Positions 11,743 to 24,688 of a DNA stretch of 64,000 bases are shown here, piece after piece. The translations under genes and the position numbers were made by a program. Each line of letters starts with the position of its first letter. Positions within the stretch are counted from its first letter, which is position 1. Origin of the DNA: Lophium mytilinum (taxonomy: Eukaryota); NCBI GenBank assembly GCA_010093605.1, contig MU004189.1, forward strand, positions 1,867,834 through 1,931,833, in the 5' to 3' direction. A model generated the notes under the pieces. It saw only the letters and a list, made by a program, of their open reading frames with translations. It did not search any database and was not told where the DNA came from.

Positions 11743-13657
11743 CGTGAGCGCGGACAGTTTCGTGAAGGGAAGAGATATATTGGGAAACGTAAGCAAATCA
11801 AGTCGATGTCAAAACGAAACAAGCGAGAATCGAAATGAGGGCAATGGAATGGAGTCGAGGCTGTATGTTTGTTCGATATTGAAATTGAAGTTCCACACGG
11901 GTGTCTATAAACACTTCAGCCTAGTCGATAGATTTAGACACCATGTTCTCACGAGCTTCTGCTCTTGCATATCAATTTCCAAAAACGTTATCCTAGCTGA
12001 TTGAAACTGTGAAAGATGCATGATCTGCCCGCAACAATGTTTCACGTCAGCCCTTGGCGTGGACGTGGCGCAAGCGACTTTCCGGAAAGGGTCATGATAT
12101 ATACACGCGTTTACATGGTAGTGCGTGGCTGCATGAAGAATCAATAGCGGTTTGTCCAAATCGGAACTCTCCTCCCCGAGGAAGTAGCTGCGGGTTCGTA
12201 GTTAAGCTTGTCCCTCTGGTCCATGCACGTTGTTGTAGGGAGTTCGTAAGCGCTGTGCAGACCGGGCTCCATGCATGAAAGAGTCAGGGCGCAATTATCG
12301 CGACTTCTAGAGACTAGGTCTCATGAATCGTGTGTAGATCTAAGCTGATTGAGAACCGTATACATCTATAATTTAGAAGTTTCGTGCTCTACATCAGCAA
12401 CGGAAGCTCAACAGACGATGAGTTCGAGGCCAGAAGATGACGAAGAAGAAGGGAGCTGTTCTGTCAAAATAGCCCCACATGTAGTAATAGAAATGACTTG
12501 AAGAAGAGAGATATGCTGAGTAACGCTAGACACTTTCCAGAGAGTCGGCCCTTTGAAAATAGGTATTCTGATTCGCAGTTGACCAGGGCTACGACGGCGT
12601 GACGACAAACCCCCTGAGCTGAACCGGTGACGCTGTCCTGGGTCCCAATGGGCTTGCCTCCCCTCGGTGGGGCTTATGAGGAGGTTCTTTCTCAGAGATT
12701 GGTGACCGCAAGCGAGGACAATGTGACCTTGGTCCTTATTGCCTATTGAAGCCCTTCCTGCCGGCGAAGTCACGTCGATATGGACGTAAATGTAAGTGAA
12801 GGCGCTCAGACTATTGTTTGACGGAGAATAGTGCCCTCAGGGACCACGGGAGCCATGGGAGAGGCGTCAAAGGCTCCGGGAGAGTAGCGTGGAGGCGTAC
12901 GGTACGAGCCGAGAGATACCCGGTCTATATCGGGGTTGGTATTGCCCTTAGTTGCTATCTCGAGAGGAAACACAAGAAGAAGCAAGGCCAAGACTTGGCG
13001 GGTAGGGATGCAAAAGGCTTGGAGGACGCGTGTGGTTGATGAGGCTGTCGCTAGTGAATGTGAACGGGCCTCTCCCGAAGCCGAGACGCGAGATCCACCT
13101 CCAGGATTCAGCGGCCATCAACCCCAAATCGAACACCCTTACCGTCGAATTGCGTCGCCCTAGTCGCATAAACACCAACAGGTGGTACGACGACTCGTTG
13201 TTTCAATGCTTCTCTTGCCAAGCTCCGCCACGCCACGCGTCCACGGCTGCAGCTTTGTGGAGCATTTCCATTCATGCAGGAACAGAGATTCAATGAAACA
13301 TCTCCAATCTCCCCATCTAATCTTGATCATTGGCCGAAATAGTATGCCTGGGGGCGCGTGATAGGTGACGTTGTACCCTGACCCATGATCGTAGTTCCGC
13401 AGTGAAGTCGATGAACTTGAAGACATCTCAGCTGGACGAGGGCCGGGAAGTGAATCCGGGCACTGTGTGGTAGTCGTCAGCGCTTCCGAACAGAGACATA
13501 CAGGGGTATTAGGAGAGTATCGTAGCCGCTGTAAGAAGGAGTCTTGGTTAGAATTGAGGATATATCAATTATCGATGCCCTTTGAGTACAGAAATATCTC
13601 CACTTCTTACACTCTCTATTTTTTTTCACTTTCACATTGCAACTAGCACCTCTTACA

Positions 13658-14340
13658 ATGCTTCTCTGTCACATCACGTCCTTCTTGGCTTGCGCTGGCT
13701 TGGTGGCGTCGGCATCGACACTTGAACGCCGGGTTGATGATTCTAGCCACACTTTTAGTCTCTATGCATATGGAAAGAATATCACTCCAGGGCTTCCACT
13801 CTTCTACGGTGACGGTACGTTCTGATGCTGCCACCGCGGAGAAAGGACCAGCACTTACTTCGAGTCCGATCAGGCAAAGCATACATTGGTACTTCCACCC
13901 CTTCATGGGTGTCCGAAGGCGTGAACATAACCCGTAAGCCCTTCCTACATTTCAAGCTCCTGCCCTTCTGGATCTATCTAATACCCCCAGTGACCTCCAC
14001 GGACGACGACACTACCTTTGTCGCCGCTCCCGCTTCGACCTCTACCAACTGGACCACCACTCCAATGATGTACATCAACACCTCCTCTGACGCTTTCCAG
14101 CCCATCGGCTTCACTTCTACGAACTCTTCCCTCTCCGATGGTCAGGTAAGCAGCGGCTTCGGGCTCTACGGCGGCTGGGCGATGCACCTTGCCGACGACG
14201 GCACCGTGGAGATGAGTTTCTATGCTGTCGAAACGAATGTGACAGATGTCTACGAGGTTATGTGGAATGCGGCCACTGCAACGCCGACGACGGGCACAGC
14301 AATAGCATTGAGGACCATGGCGCCGGCTGTGGTAACTTGA
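13658..14340 (+). CDS. Uncharacterised secreted Ser/Thr-rich protein
   Basis: Signal peptide MLLCHITSFLACAGLVASA; FSLYAYG...GLPLFYGD|GKAYIG; GT-AG introns ~13815-13872 and ~13934-13990 give a continuous frame to the stop at 14340. Confidence 0.8.
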
Positions 14341-14683
14341 GTAGGTTCTGGCTGCACTATAACGTAGGGGTACGGAAACACGGCGTGGTTTTTGCTTGTA
14401 GTGGAGGAGAGAGAGTTTTTGGCTGTGTTTACTGGGGCGAAAATCGTGAGACTTTGGACTGATCTGCGAATTGGAACGGGCTGAACGCAAGCTGTCGACT
14501 TTTTGGCTAGACAGGTAATTAAAGTTGCCCGATTCCATATGAGGCCCTGACTCGGTGCGACATCCTCGAACAGAATTATGATTTGTGACCTCGGCCATTT
14601 CCTATTTCGTATATGTAGAGTTTCGACGAGGTTTGGCCCCAGTACTCTAAGCAATGTCAGACAAGCCATCCCTGGAGTCCACG

Positions 14684-15266
14684 GCCAGGTGGACCGGATT
14701 CATGAGCTCGGCCACCCCAACAAGGCAAGTATGAAGAAGATAAAAAGGCGGGAACGATGGGGACTGAGGTATTCGGAGGTTTTCTAGGAATCAAGGAAAA
14801 ACGATCCCAAACCAATAAACTCACGGTACCAGATATTGAAATCTCTCTCGAATTCTCTCTTGAAACGCAGCCTGCCACCCTTAGAAGATTGAAGACGGCA
14901 ACTCTTGGCACGACAGCAGTGCAGGTGTAGAAGGCAGAGAAGTGCATCTAGACTCTGTGAAATCCTTCCTTCGTCACAGACTGAGAGTCGAGACCGTTTT
15001 GCCGTAGAGGAAAAAGGAGCTCAGGCCAGCCTCGCCCCTGCCAACGGGCAACGATCACCTGTCAGGCGCGACAGCCGTGGCGTGGCCCAGACAGATCCTC
15101 GAGCTTAATCTTATCAGCACGTACGGCACGTGTGCTCCACTTTTCACTAGCGCGGTTCTGAAAAATCTTCTCTATACATCCTCCGTCCCCCGTCGTTTCT
15201 GCCTTTTTCTCTTCTTCATACTTACCTTGTTGGGGTGGCCGAGCTCATGAATCCGGTCCACCTGGC
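14684..15266. mobile_element. MITE-like non-autonomous DNA element with ~86-bp terminal inverted repeats
   Basis: 14684-14769 is the reverse complement of 15180-15266 (GCCAGGTGGACCGGATTCATGAGCTCGGCCACCCCAACAAGG... identical for ~40 nt, then a few mismatches); no transposase ORF inside. Confidence 0.8.
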
Positions 15267-16069
15267 AGACTGTCCTGCATTGCACACCGCGGCGACGGGC
15301 TGTTATGATTCTCCTTCGGGGGCATCACCGGCGTAATTTTTGCTGGTCCGCAGTCTTCTTGATTGACTTTTCATTGATTTTCTCGCCTTGTGCGGGAGGT
15401 TGAAGAAGAGCTGGCCTCTGGCCTCACTTCATGGTGGTGATGGAGCGAACGACACCCTTATTCCAGCGTCTTTTGCCAGCATCTCAGGTGCTGAGCGTCA
15501 GCGGAGAGCTTCATCTGCCAGCGCTGATGATGCTGCAAAGGTGGTGATGGCCACTGTCGTCAAGTGGTGAAGCTTCTCGTCAGCTTCATGTAAAGAAGTC
15601 TATCTGCACGGGTCCATCATCATCATAATCATCACAAGGGAGCGCTGCTAAGCTTCTGCATGAGGATCATCACAGTCTTGAATGCATGATAGATTATGGG
15701 ACGCGGGTATTAGGAATCGGGAGAGTTGCTGGCTCATGAGGAGTTAGATAGCTGTTCTGAAGACCTCGAGGAGGCTGATCAAAGTCCTACAACATCTTCG
15801 TCACCCTCTCAACTGTGAATGCCGTGAAAGAACTTCTCTTCTAAATCACTGTTGAACTCCTGCTTGAATGCAGTCCCATTCTCAACTCCTGCCTCGAGCA
15901 GCTCACGTGAAGTTCGGCGTACTCTTGGCACTTGACGCAGCGATGCGTGCCTAACGCGCGACACCTCTTGAAGCTCTCCCCAGCAGCCCCCAACCCACCA
16001 CATCAACCTCCTCTCACTTAGACGCCAAATCCTCTTTCCACTTCCATCCTCGAGCTTCAGATACCAAAG

Positions 16070-17100
16070 ATGGACACACTCGTCACGCAGTACAGCCGCC
16101 CGGCGTTCGAGAACGAGGGCTACTCGCAGGATGAACAACAGGAGCTATCACAGGTTGCGCCGTCGCTGTCGCTGAAGTTTGCGCTACCTCCAGTAGCTCA
16201 GGTGCGTGTCTTCCAGTTCTCCATAATCCTATTCCAGGACTCTGCTAATTGAAGTGGCCCCAATAGTCATCAGCCTGGCTTCGATCAATGACGGACGACT
16301 TCTCCAACCCAAACTGCCCCATCAAGATCGCTCACGGCACGACAACCCTAGCATTCAGGTTCAAGGGCGGCATCATCGTTGCGACAGACTCAAGGGCTAC
16401 GGCTGGAAACTGGATAGCCAGTCAGACGGTGAAGAAGGTTATTGAGATCAACAACTGCTTGCTCGGGACCATGGCTGGTGGCGCAGCTGTAAGACTACCT
16501 TTTATACTGGGACATATACGATCGGAATATCAGGGCTGATCATAGCATCTAGGACTGTCAATACTGGCTGGCGTATCTCGGCATGCAGTGCCGTCTACAC
16601 GAACTCCGACACAAACGCCGCATTTCTGTGGCCGCGGCCTCCAAGATCCTCGCCAACCTGGTCTACTCGTACAAGGGGATGGGCCTGAGCATGGTACGGT
16701 CTCTTCTACTTCATTCGAGATCTATCAATACTGACGAATCTAGGGCACCATGTGTGCTGGTGTGACCCCCCAAGAAGGCCCAGCCCTCTACTACATCGAC
16801 AGCGACGGCACCCGCCTCGCTGGAAACCTCTTCTGCGTTGGGTCCGGTCAGACATTCGCCTACGGCGTGCTAGACGCGGAATACAGCTACGACCTGAGCG
16901 ATGAGGCGGCGCTAGAGCTAGGCCGACGAAGCATCCTCGCCGCCACCCACAGGGACGCCTACTCGGGAGGCTTCATCAACCTGTATCATGTGAAGGAGGA
17001 TGGATGGGTCAAGCACGGCTTCAGCGACACGAACCCGATATTCTGGAAGACAAAGTTGGAGAAGGGCGAGTTCTCCAATGTCACTTCAGAATTGGTTTGA
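16070..17100 (+). CDS. PRE2: 20S proteasome subunit beta5 (chymotrypsin-like)
   Basis: Propeptide followed by catalytic [37 protein letters not shown] and RDAYSGG; 3 introns. Confidence 0.97.
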
Positions 17101-17409
17101 GGGCAGCCTTAGCATACATGTACAATGGCATTGAGCACTTTATCGGTCTAGATAACCAACTTGGAATGCAGCGACTGCTACTACTGTGTACTTTCTACCT
17201 TAATGTGATAATAGTTTCACTGGGGAAAGTTGGTAGCAAATGAAGTATTGTAGCTTCAAATAAGGTGCTCTGATATAAGCCCTTGTTCCCCTCGGCGGTT
17301 GGGATTCAAATGCAACAAAGGCCCATTTCCAGAGCAACCCACCTGCATTCTCGTTCCAAGTCGTGCCGTGGCGTCCGTGATATACATCCAATCATTCAAG
17401 ACCCCACGA

Positions 17410-19142
17410 TCAACCCAGCGCCTTGATCTTCTTCTCCTTCTGTATCTTCATAACATTAAGCACATCAGTCGCGCTATTCTTGTCCCCCTTCCTCTTCTTG
17501 GGGCCGCGCTTCCTCTTCTTGTCATCCTTCTTCCCATCTCCATCCTCATCATCGCCAGCTGCAGCACCCTTCCATTCGGATAACTTGATACGCTCGCCAC
17601 CCTCCAACTCTTCTGCATCATCGAACCGGGATGACCCAAAGCCCATGTCCATATCGTCCAAATCTCGATCAGCGCCGCCGAGCATGGCAGCTCGCTTCTT
17701 AAGGCGCACATCTTCCTCTGTGTTGATGAGTGCGGATTCGGGATCCATAGTTCGGACTTTGTTAAGGGCTGCAAGGATCGCGGGGTCGATTGCAGGTTTT
17801 TCGGATGCAGGTTTTAGTACCTTTGCAGTAGACGTGCTGGCGAAGTAGTCGCGGCGGGGAGCAGGAGGTGGTGGAGGTGGAGGCATTGCCACAGAGTCTA
17901 GTGATGGAGCTGAAGGATTCGGTGGTATAGAAGCCGATAGCTCTGGCTGAGTTTCCGGTACTCCTTCCGGCTCTGTAGATGGTGAAGAAGCTTTCGCTTT
18001 CTTCGATGGCTGTGCTTCTCCTTCTTCCTCTGACGAGGAATCGTCGTCCTCGTCCAGTCCAGCTAGGGGATTGTAATCGGCGCCTACGCCCGCGAAGATG
18101 TCCTCATCCGAGTCTTCTTCGGGCTCAGGTGGCGCAGCCGGTTTCTCTGGAACCTTGATACCGTGATCCAGCGTTCGCGTAGGTTTAATCGGCACAGGTT
18201 CATCTTCATTATCTTCCACTTTTGCCTTGCGAACCATGCGCTTCTCCTTGCCGTGCTCGTCTGTGATTATGAGGACCTCCCTACCCTTCTTATCAACCTC
18301 AACCCTAGTTTTGTCCATGTTCTCCGACACTCTTTGGAACCCTGTGTCCAAGGATGGGTACTTCTTCTCGTATTCGGCCGCCGCGGCCTCTGCAGCAGCC
18401 TTTCTCTGAGCCTTAAGCTCTGCCAAAATAGCGTCGCGGGACCTCTTGACACCAGCAACCGGCAGCGGTGGTGGCGCCATCTCATCCGGCAGCCTCTCCG
18501 CCTTCTCCTTCAGCAGCGGCGCCACCTCCTTCTCTTCCAGCTGCTCAAACTCATCGTCCACATCAGGCTCGGGCTCAGCCTCCGCCGACGGCGCTCCGCT
18601 AAGCACATCTTCGCCCCTCTTAACCCTCTCCAGCAGCTTCCAATCCAGTCCCTTGACCAAGTGTGTTGCGCTGATATCTCCACCCGTGATTTCCCCCACC
18701 ATCTGCTCGTATGTAGCTCGGTCAATCTCCCCCTCCTTCAGCTGCTCATCCAGCGCCTTGATGCGCTCCGCCTTATCATCTTCTTCATCCTCTACACGGT
18801 CTTTCGCGCGGTCTCGATAGCCCGCCGCGAGCTTGTAGCCCTTGGGCGCGGCCGAGGACCGGAACTTCTTCTGGGCTTTGCCGCCTCCGTTCCGCTCGGC
18901 GAGCTGGCGCGCGAATTCGTTGTTTACGGAGCCGCGGACGGAGCGCCTGTCATTACTCTGTCAATACTTTTATAGCAATCTCAGGGTTGGAGGGCTTACG
19001 GGGTCATGGGAATGCTGGAGCGGGCCCGCGAGCCCAGCGCCGCGCCGGGCGTTGCTCCAGCTTTGCTAGGAGGGCTACCGGCGCCGTTCTGAGTTCTCGC
19101 TGGGGTGTCGAGCACCAGGCGACGGAACTGCTGGTTGTTCAT
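17410..19142 (-). CDS. RED-like (IK/RED_N domain) spliceosome-associated protein
   Basis: Starts MNNQQFRRLV; intron ~18999-18947; GYRDRA and GGDISATHLVKGLDWKLLERVK (RED_N signature); acidic/basic low-complexity C-terminus. Confidence 0.85.
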
Positions 19143-19748
19143 GGTGTGGGAGTGGAGGGAGGTTGGTGGGCCAGATTTGTGGCGTAGGCGGAGGTGGTGC
19201 GGTCCGTACTGCGTTGGCCAAGATGTGTAGACGCGATTAGATGATTTGCGAGTCGTACGTGGGCAGTTGACAGGATGAGGTGCGATCCTGCGTCACGAAT
19301 GTTGAAGTGAAGACGCGACCTGGGTGTTCTGAACGACGTCCGTTAAAGCCGTCTTGGTGAAGAAGTTCCCTGGAAATGCTCCACATCAGGCTAGTGTCAA
19401 ATATTCTAGCCTGGAACCTCTTTCTCAGCCTCAGCCTCAGGGCGCATCAAAACATCACGAACCTGCCATTGTTGCTGCATAAAAACGGCTCAGTCAAGCA
19501 GCAATGGCCGCGCTACTTGCTTTCCGCGACTCATGTGCTTCGTATTGTGCCGATCGAGGAATTCCGGTGCATCCTCCTCCGTCCAAAGACTAACGTGCGG
19601 AGAAGATGTAACATCACGTAACCGGGGGAAAGATCTCCAGGAACAGCAGGACAGCCGTGATTTCAAGTCTTATGTAGATCCCTAAAGTTGATGTAGTATA
19701 CTCCATTACCCTCACGCCCTCTGTCACTTCACATTTTCAATTTGCAAG

Positions 19749-21120
19749 ATGGTCGCGACATCGCTTTATATTCTCGTCGCTTTGGTTCTCGGCCTCGCCA
19801 GTAGTCAGGTAAATGCTGCCAATACCACTGGATCCTTCACGAATCCTATACTGGACACCGGCGCCGACCCGTAAGTACATTCCCATATGTCGTTAACTCA
19901 ACTACAGTTCATTCGATTGCAATTCACAGACCAACATCTTCGTGATCTACTAACGCCTTCCCAGATGGGTAATTCGACACGATGATTACTATTATATGAC
20001 CTACACTACCAATGATAACATCACGCTTCTTCGAAGTCGGGGACTCACGGACTGGAAAAATGCCGATGCAAAGCTTCTCTTCAAACCTCCCGTAGGCATG
20101 AACTATTCCACCGACTTATGGGCCCCAGAAATCCACCAGATTGATGGCAGTTGGTATGTCATTTTCACGGCAGATCCCAATGGAGACTCGCCACCGCCTG
20201 AAGTCGACATGTACTGCGACATGAATTGTCCTGCTGTGTTCCATAGAATGTATGTGTTAGAGGGCCCCGGGTCCGACCTCTGGGCTGCGGACTTCACTCT
20301 CAAGAGCCAGCTGAACACGTACGATCAATTCGCAATCGATGGTACCTATTTCCAGCACTCTACTGGTCTGTATCACATCTACAGCTGTTGGTATCGTCAA
20401 TATGATGCCTGGCCATGTACGTAAAAACCTCCAGTCTCTATTTTGTTAGTTTTGCCGTCTTGCTAACCGACAAAAAGCCAATTTGTGTATCACAAAGGTG
20501 CGTAGAGCTACCTCCGAGGCTCTCCAAATCTGTGCTAACTCATTGAAAGATGACCGATCCATGGACAGTGAGCTCCAATTTTTCGGAGAGGCAAATCATC
20601 AGCGTACCATCTAACCCCTGGGAGAAAACGCCCTATGGAAGACCCTTCAATGATCGCTTAGCTTCAAATGAGGGGCCAGAGCAGCTCACTAATCCCAAAA
20701 CAGGCCAAACCTTTGTTATCTACTCTGCAGCTCGCTCCGACAATAGAAATTACTGCCTAGGCCAACTCGAGCTGGTTGGTGACGACCCAATGAATGTGCA
20801 AGGTGACTACGCCTTCAACTTCGCCACGGAAATAAGGCCCTAGCTAATACTCGCAAATCTCAGACTGGAAGAAGCACAGTGATGGCTGTGTTTTCTATCA
20901 AAACGCTCTCGAAGGTGCCTATGGGGTAGGCCATGCAAGCTTCACGACAAGCTCTGATGGCAGTGAAGACTGGATTGTCTACCATGGGATGCGAGACCCT
21001 ACGAATGGATGGTCTGCGAGGACAATTCGAGCACAGAAGTTCACCTGGAACACCGATGGTTCTCCTCGTTTCCCACGGCCGGGCTATGGTCCCTACGCCT
21101 TGCCATCGGGCCAGAATTGA
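19749..21120 (+). CDS. Secreted glycoside hydrolase family 43 (arabinofuranosidase/xylosidase-like)
   Basis: Signal peptide; NPIL..GADP|W, WAPEIH, AIDGT, NEGP and GVGHASF motifs; 4 introns including a 20-nt microexon at 20478-20497. Confidence 0.92.
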
Positions 21121-21940
21121 CGGCCTTCTGTACTTCCGAGGCCTCAGTGCCACTCGCAGTTAGCTTTTGAAGCGATTCGCAGCGGGGTTATGAGCACATA
21201 TGTCGGGTGTGAAACGCGGGAGGTACCCAAGGTAAATCATAGCGTATGATGACTCGTCATTCTTTCACAAAAATCTCATATAGGCTTCGATCTGCGTCGT
21301 GGTGGCCTTCCATTGCTCATTTCTAGAATGCTTGACGACGCCAGGTGGCCCTGGGACGTACATATTCCGCCTCACAAAGAACTTTAGGGTACCTTAAACC
21401 CGAACACCCCCTCTTTCCTTTCATCTCTACTTGTGTCTCTTGCCAAAGTGGCGCCTTTATCACGCAACGCGCTTAGCCCTACGGAGAATTTCCGCTGCGA
21501 ACAAAGAGCAAACTTATTCCCGTCTTTCATGAATACATGGCGCAATGCTTGCCTGGCCAAGCCCACGGGGTCTTCTCCCCTTTTCTTCTATCCGCTGTGC
21601 CGTTGTGAGCATCCGAAGAGCCACAGCTATACATTAATCATGTCATGAACAGGTGGGCCGCCACACTGACTAGATGTTGTGATAAACCCGAGGCGCTGGG
21701 CCTATATACATATCGCCCCTCGGTCTCGATGGCCCGCTAACATCCAGGCACTTCAAAGAGCAAGTCCATATAGAACCCCATGGTCTGCTTCTCTCTCCAT
21801 ATCAACATCACAATTCCGCCTCGCGATACTCTTCCATTTACCTTGCATCCAGCATCTTCGATGCTCGCCCCCCTACGCTGGCAGTAGGGTACCACCTGCA
21901 ATCTCAACACATAACCCATTGTTCGCCACCTCAGTCTCCT

Positions 21941-22478
21941 ATGTATCTGCGACCATTCCAGTGAGTTCCAGATTCTATCTCATGCCTATCTTCCCTCCGC
22001 TAATAGCAGTAGTGACAGCTCTTCCGCTACCACCCTCACAACCACCCAGCCCTACCGCACCTGCATCACCTGCGGCACCTACTACACCACCGACGGCCCG
22101 GCGGCCGCCTTCTACGACTCCATCGGCCGCCATGACCTCCCGCCGCTCCTGTGCAACTGCCCGCCGTGCGCGAAGGCGGAGCTCCACGACACCGTAGCGC
22201 TGTGGGATCGAGCGCAAAAACGAGGCGTCGGCCCAGCGCTGCTAGAGCGGAAGATCCTGCTGCGGGTGCAGTGGAATATGTACGAGAAGCGGAGGGAGTC
22301 GGTCGAGGTCGAGGAAGTCGATGAGGTGGATTGCGCGAAGGGGGTGTTGGTGCTAGAGCCAGAGCCGCCGTGTGGGAAGATAGAGTTGGGGATTCGACGG
22401 GTCCGGAGGAGAGCGGGGGGGTTGTGGAGTGGGTACTGGTGGAGGAGGACTGCGCCGTGTGCGTGTGTGTTCTTGTGA
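21941..22478 (+). CDS. Orphan ~159-aa protein with CxxC...CxCxxC motif and C-terminal CaaX (CACVFL)
   Basis: ATG 21941, exon 1 20 nt, intron GTGAGT(21961)...GCTAAT...CAG(22018), then an open frame to TGA 22478; TATATA at ~21703; codon skew like neighbouring genes. Confidence 0.65.
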
Positions 22479-23754
22479 GGACTGCGTATCATGTGGGAAC
22501 ACTGTATCATTATATGGGTGGGGTTTGCTAAGTGGTCGCTTTTCGGTGGTCCACGATTTCTGTGGTTGGTGGCTGTTTATAGACTTCTGAGCATACGATC
22601 TTTATGTCCGTCGTTCGTGTAATATGCCCTTCGTGCTTGTTGGGTCGTCGAGCTCGACCGTTCCCTCTTACCTACTCAATGTCGCGCAGTTGGTCCAAGC
22701 GTCTACTCAGCCGCCAACTCTCCGTTCCCTTTGAAAACGATACCCGCCACAACGTACTTGTGAGTAGTAAATATATACTAGATCACTCTAAGTGCTCTGC
22801 TGGTATTCATTAGCTATCTTTTATTGCTCGGAAACACTTCGTGGACGCGACGTTTTCATATAACTCCTCTTAAATCCTCGCCAAGCCACTTGATGCTCCA
22901 CAACCCAAGGTGTTTGAAAACCACGGCCGCCACGGCCCTTTCTAGCTAGTGCCGTCTACATGGTAGTATTTCGAAAGCTCTGTTTCGTCATACTGCTCTA
23001 TAATTTCCCAGGAAAAAAATTCTCCGCGCGTACGGTTTTCAAACGAAGCCTCTCAAGGCAGATGCCAAGCCTCGTTTTTACCCCTTCAGTGCTCTATATC
23101 AGGCCACCACAACACCCAGCTGTTTAGCGAACACATTGGCCTAGCTATTTGCTGTCCTGAGTATCTTGTATCAGGGTTTGGCGTAATTCCAAGACTGTCA
23201 ATGTCTTTACTCTATATCAGGTATTGATTCATGTGAACAACACACAGTTTGGGTATGTTATCAAGATGAAGAAGAATGATTGATACCTAAAGTGTATGTT
23301 TGGTATCAGTAGTATACTAGAAGCCATAGAGAAGCGTTATTCCTGCATGTAACGTCGCATAGTGTGTTTAGAGGGTGTTTTGATCTCAAGTGAGGCTGCT
23401 TTTGCGGGACCCGGGGAAGAGAGAAGGGATTAAAGCCAACGCCAACGTCGAGGATACCAGAATACCAAGCAAGGCCAAGGTATAAAGAAGCAGATGGAGC
23501 GAAAGTATTCATATATTTAATATAGGTATGTTATATATCGAGTGCTGGTCATGCACATATATCACCACCACGGAAACCCTATGCAGAAGGTGTACCATTC
23601 TCAATATGACTAAAGCCACACACCGTCGGCGCGCACGAAGAATCATCAAGAATATCAAGTAGTAAACGAGTCTATACAGTCTATACTCAACGCTGTCCCA
23701 GCGGAGCTACAAGAATGATCAACAGGAACGAATGAGTCCCGACAACACGCCGCC

Positions 23755-24600
23755 CTAATTTGGATCCGAGTGCGCACGGAAGCCCTTCAGCATCTCCTCA
23801 TCTAGCTTTACTCCAAGCTTCTGCGCCATAGTAAGGAAGCCGTCCTCCTCATTGGTAATCCAAAGATCGACCCAACCATCCCTCCTCGCCTGCTCAACCT
23901 CCTCCTTGCTCCAGTCCTCTTCCCGGGGCCTCTCAACATAAATGACCTGCATTCCATGCGACTTAGCAGCCTTGAGATCATTTAGATGGGCAGCTACCAT
24001 AGCGCAGTCGGATGGCTGTAGATGGAGGGCGGAAGCCGCACCAAGATAGACCGTCGGAGACGGCTTGTAGGCACCGAAGAGCTCCGCGCTGAAGATATGC
24101 GTGAACTTCATCTGAGCATGGGCGGTAAGATCGTTCAAGAGGCTGAAGTTGCCGTTGCTAAGCGTCGCCGTCTGGAAGAGTCTGTTGAGCTCCGTGATGC
24201 CGGGCGAGGAGTCCAGCCACGGGTTGAGTCTGTGCCAGATCAGGCTCAGGGCTCGAACCTCCTCGTCTGCCCACAAGCCCTCGAGCTTCCACTCTGCTAG
24301 GAGCTCCCGTATGGAGTCTAGGTGATGGTCGTCAATAGTCTTCCAGTGCAGTGACGGATCAGCGGCCAGCGTCTTCGTGAAACGCTTGTAGGTATTGCGC
24401 CATTCTTGAGCGAGGTTGCCCCAATCTTCGACTGTCATGTTGGATGCCTTGAGGCGCACAGCGCTTGAGAGTGACTTTTCAGCCGAATCCAACGCGCGGT
24501 GTGACCCGAGTTCGAGGGCATCAGTGACAGTGGTGCGCCAATCAACGCAGGTGCCGAAGACATCGAAGAAAAGAGCCTTTGGAGCCCGTGGGAGCACCAT
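23755..24600 (-). CDS. Haloacid dehalogenase type II (HAD superfamily hydrolase)
   Basis: KALFFDVFGTCVDWR (motif I), TLSNGN, YKPSP and MVAAHLNDLKAA; intronless; ATG 24600 preferred over the in-frame ATG at 24696. Confidence 0.92.
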   Translation of the reverse strand: MVLPRAPKALFFDVFGTCVDWRTTVTDALELGSHRALDSAEKSLSSAVRLKASNMTVEDWGNLAQEWRNTYKRFTKTLAADPSLHWKTIDDHHLDSIRELLAEWKLEGLWADEEVRALSLIWHRLNPWLDSSPGITELNRLFQTATLSNGNFSLLNDLTAHAQMKFTHIFSAELFGAYKPSPTVYLGAASALHLQPSDCAMVAAHLNDLKAAKSHGMQVIYVERPREEDWSKEEVEQARRDGWVDLWITNEEDGFLTMAQKLGVKLDEEMLKGFRAHSDPN

Positions 24601-24688
24601 GCTGACGTTGATGATTCTGGGACTGGGGAGTGGAATGACAGATCTAAGGTCGATGTCGATCGCGCGAGACCGCCGTTCCTTTATGATG

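Noticed and set aside
12400..13430. Cluster of short overlapping ORFs between the laccase and the secreted protein
   Set aside because: No motifs, frameshifted fragments, no coherent gene model
22800..23600. AT/TpA-rich stretch, possible RIP-degraded transposon
   Set aside because: No terminal repeats or transposase/RT motifs recognisable
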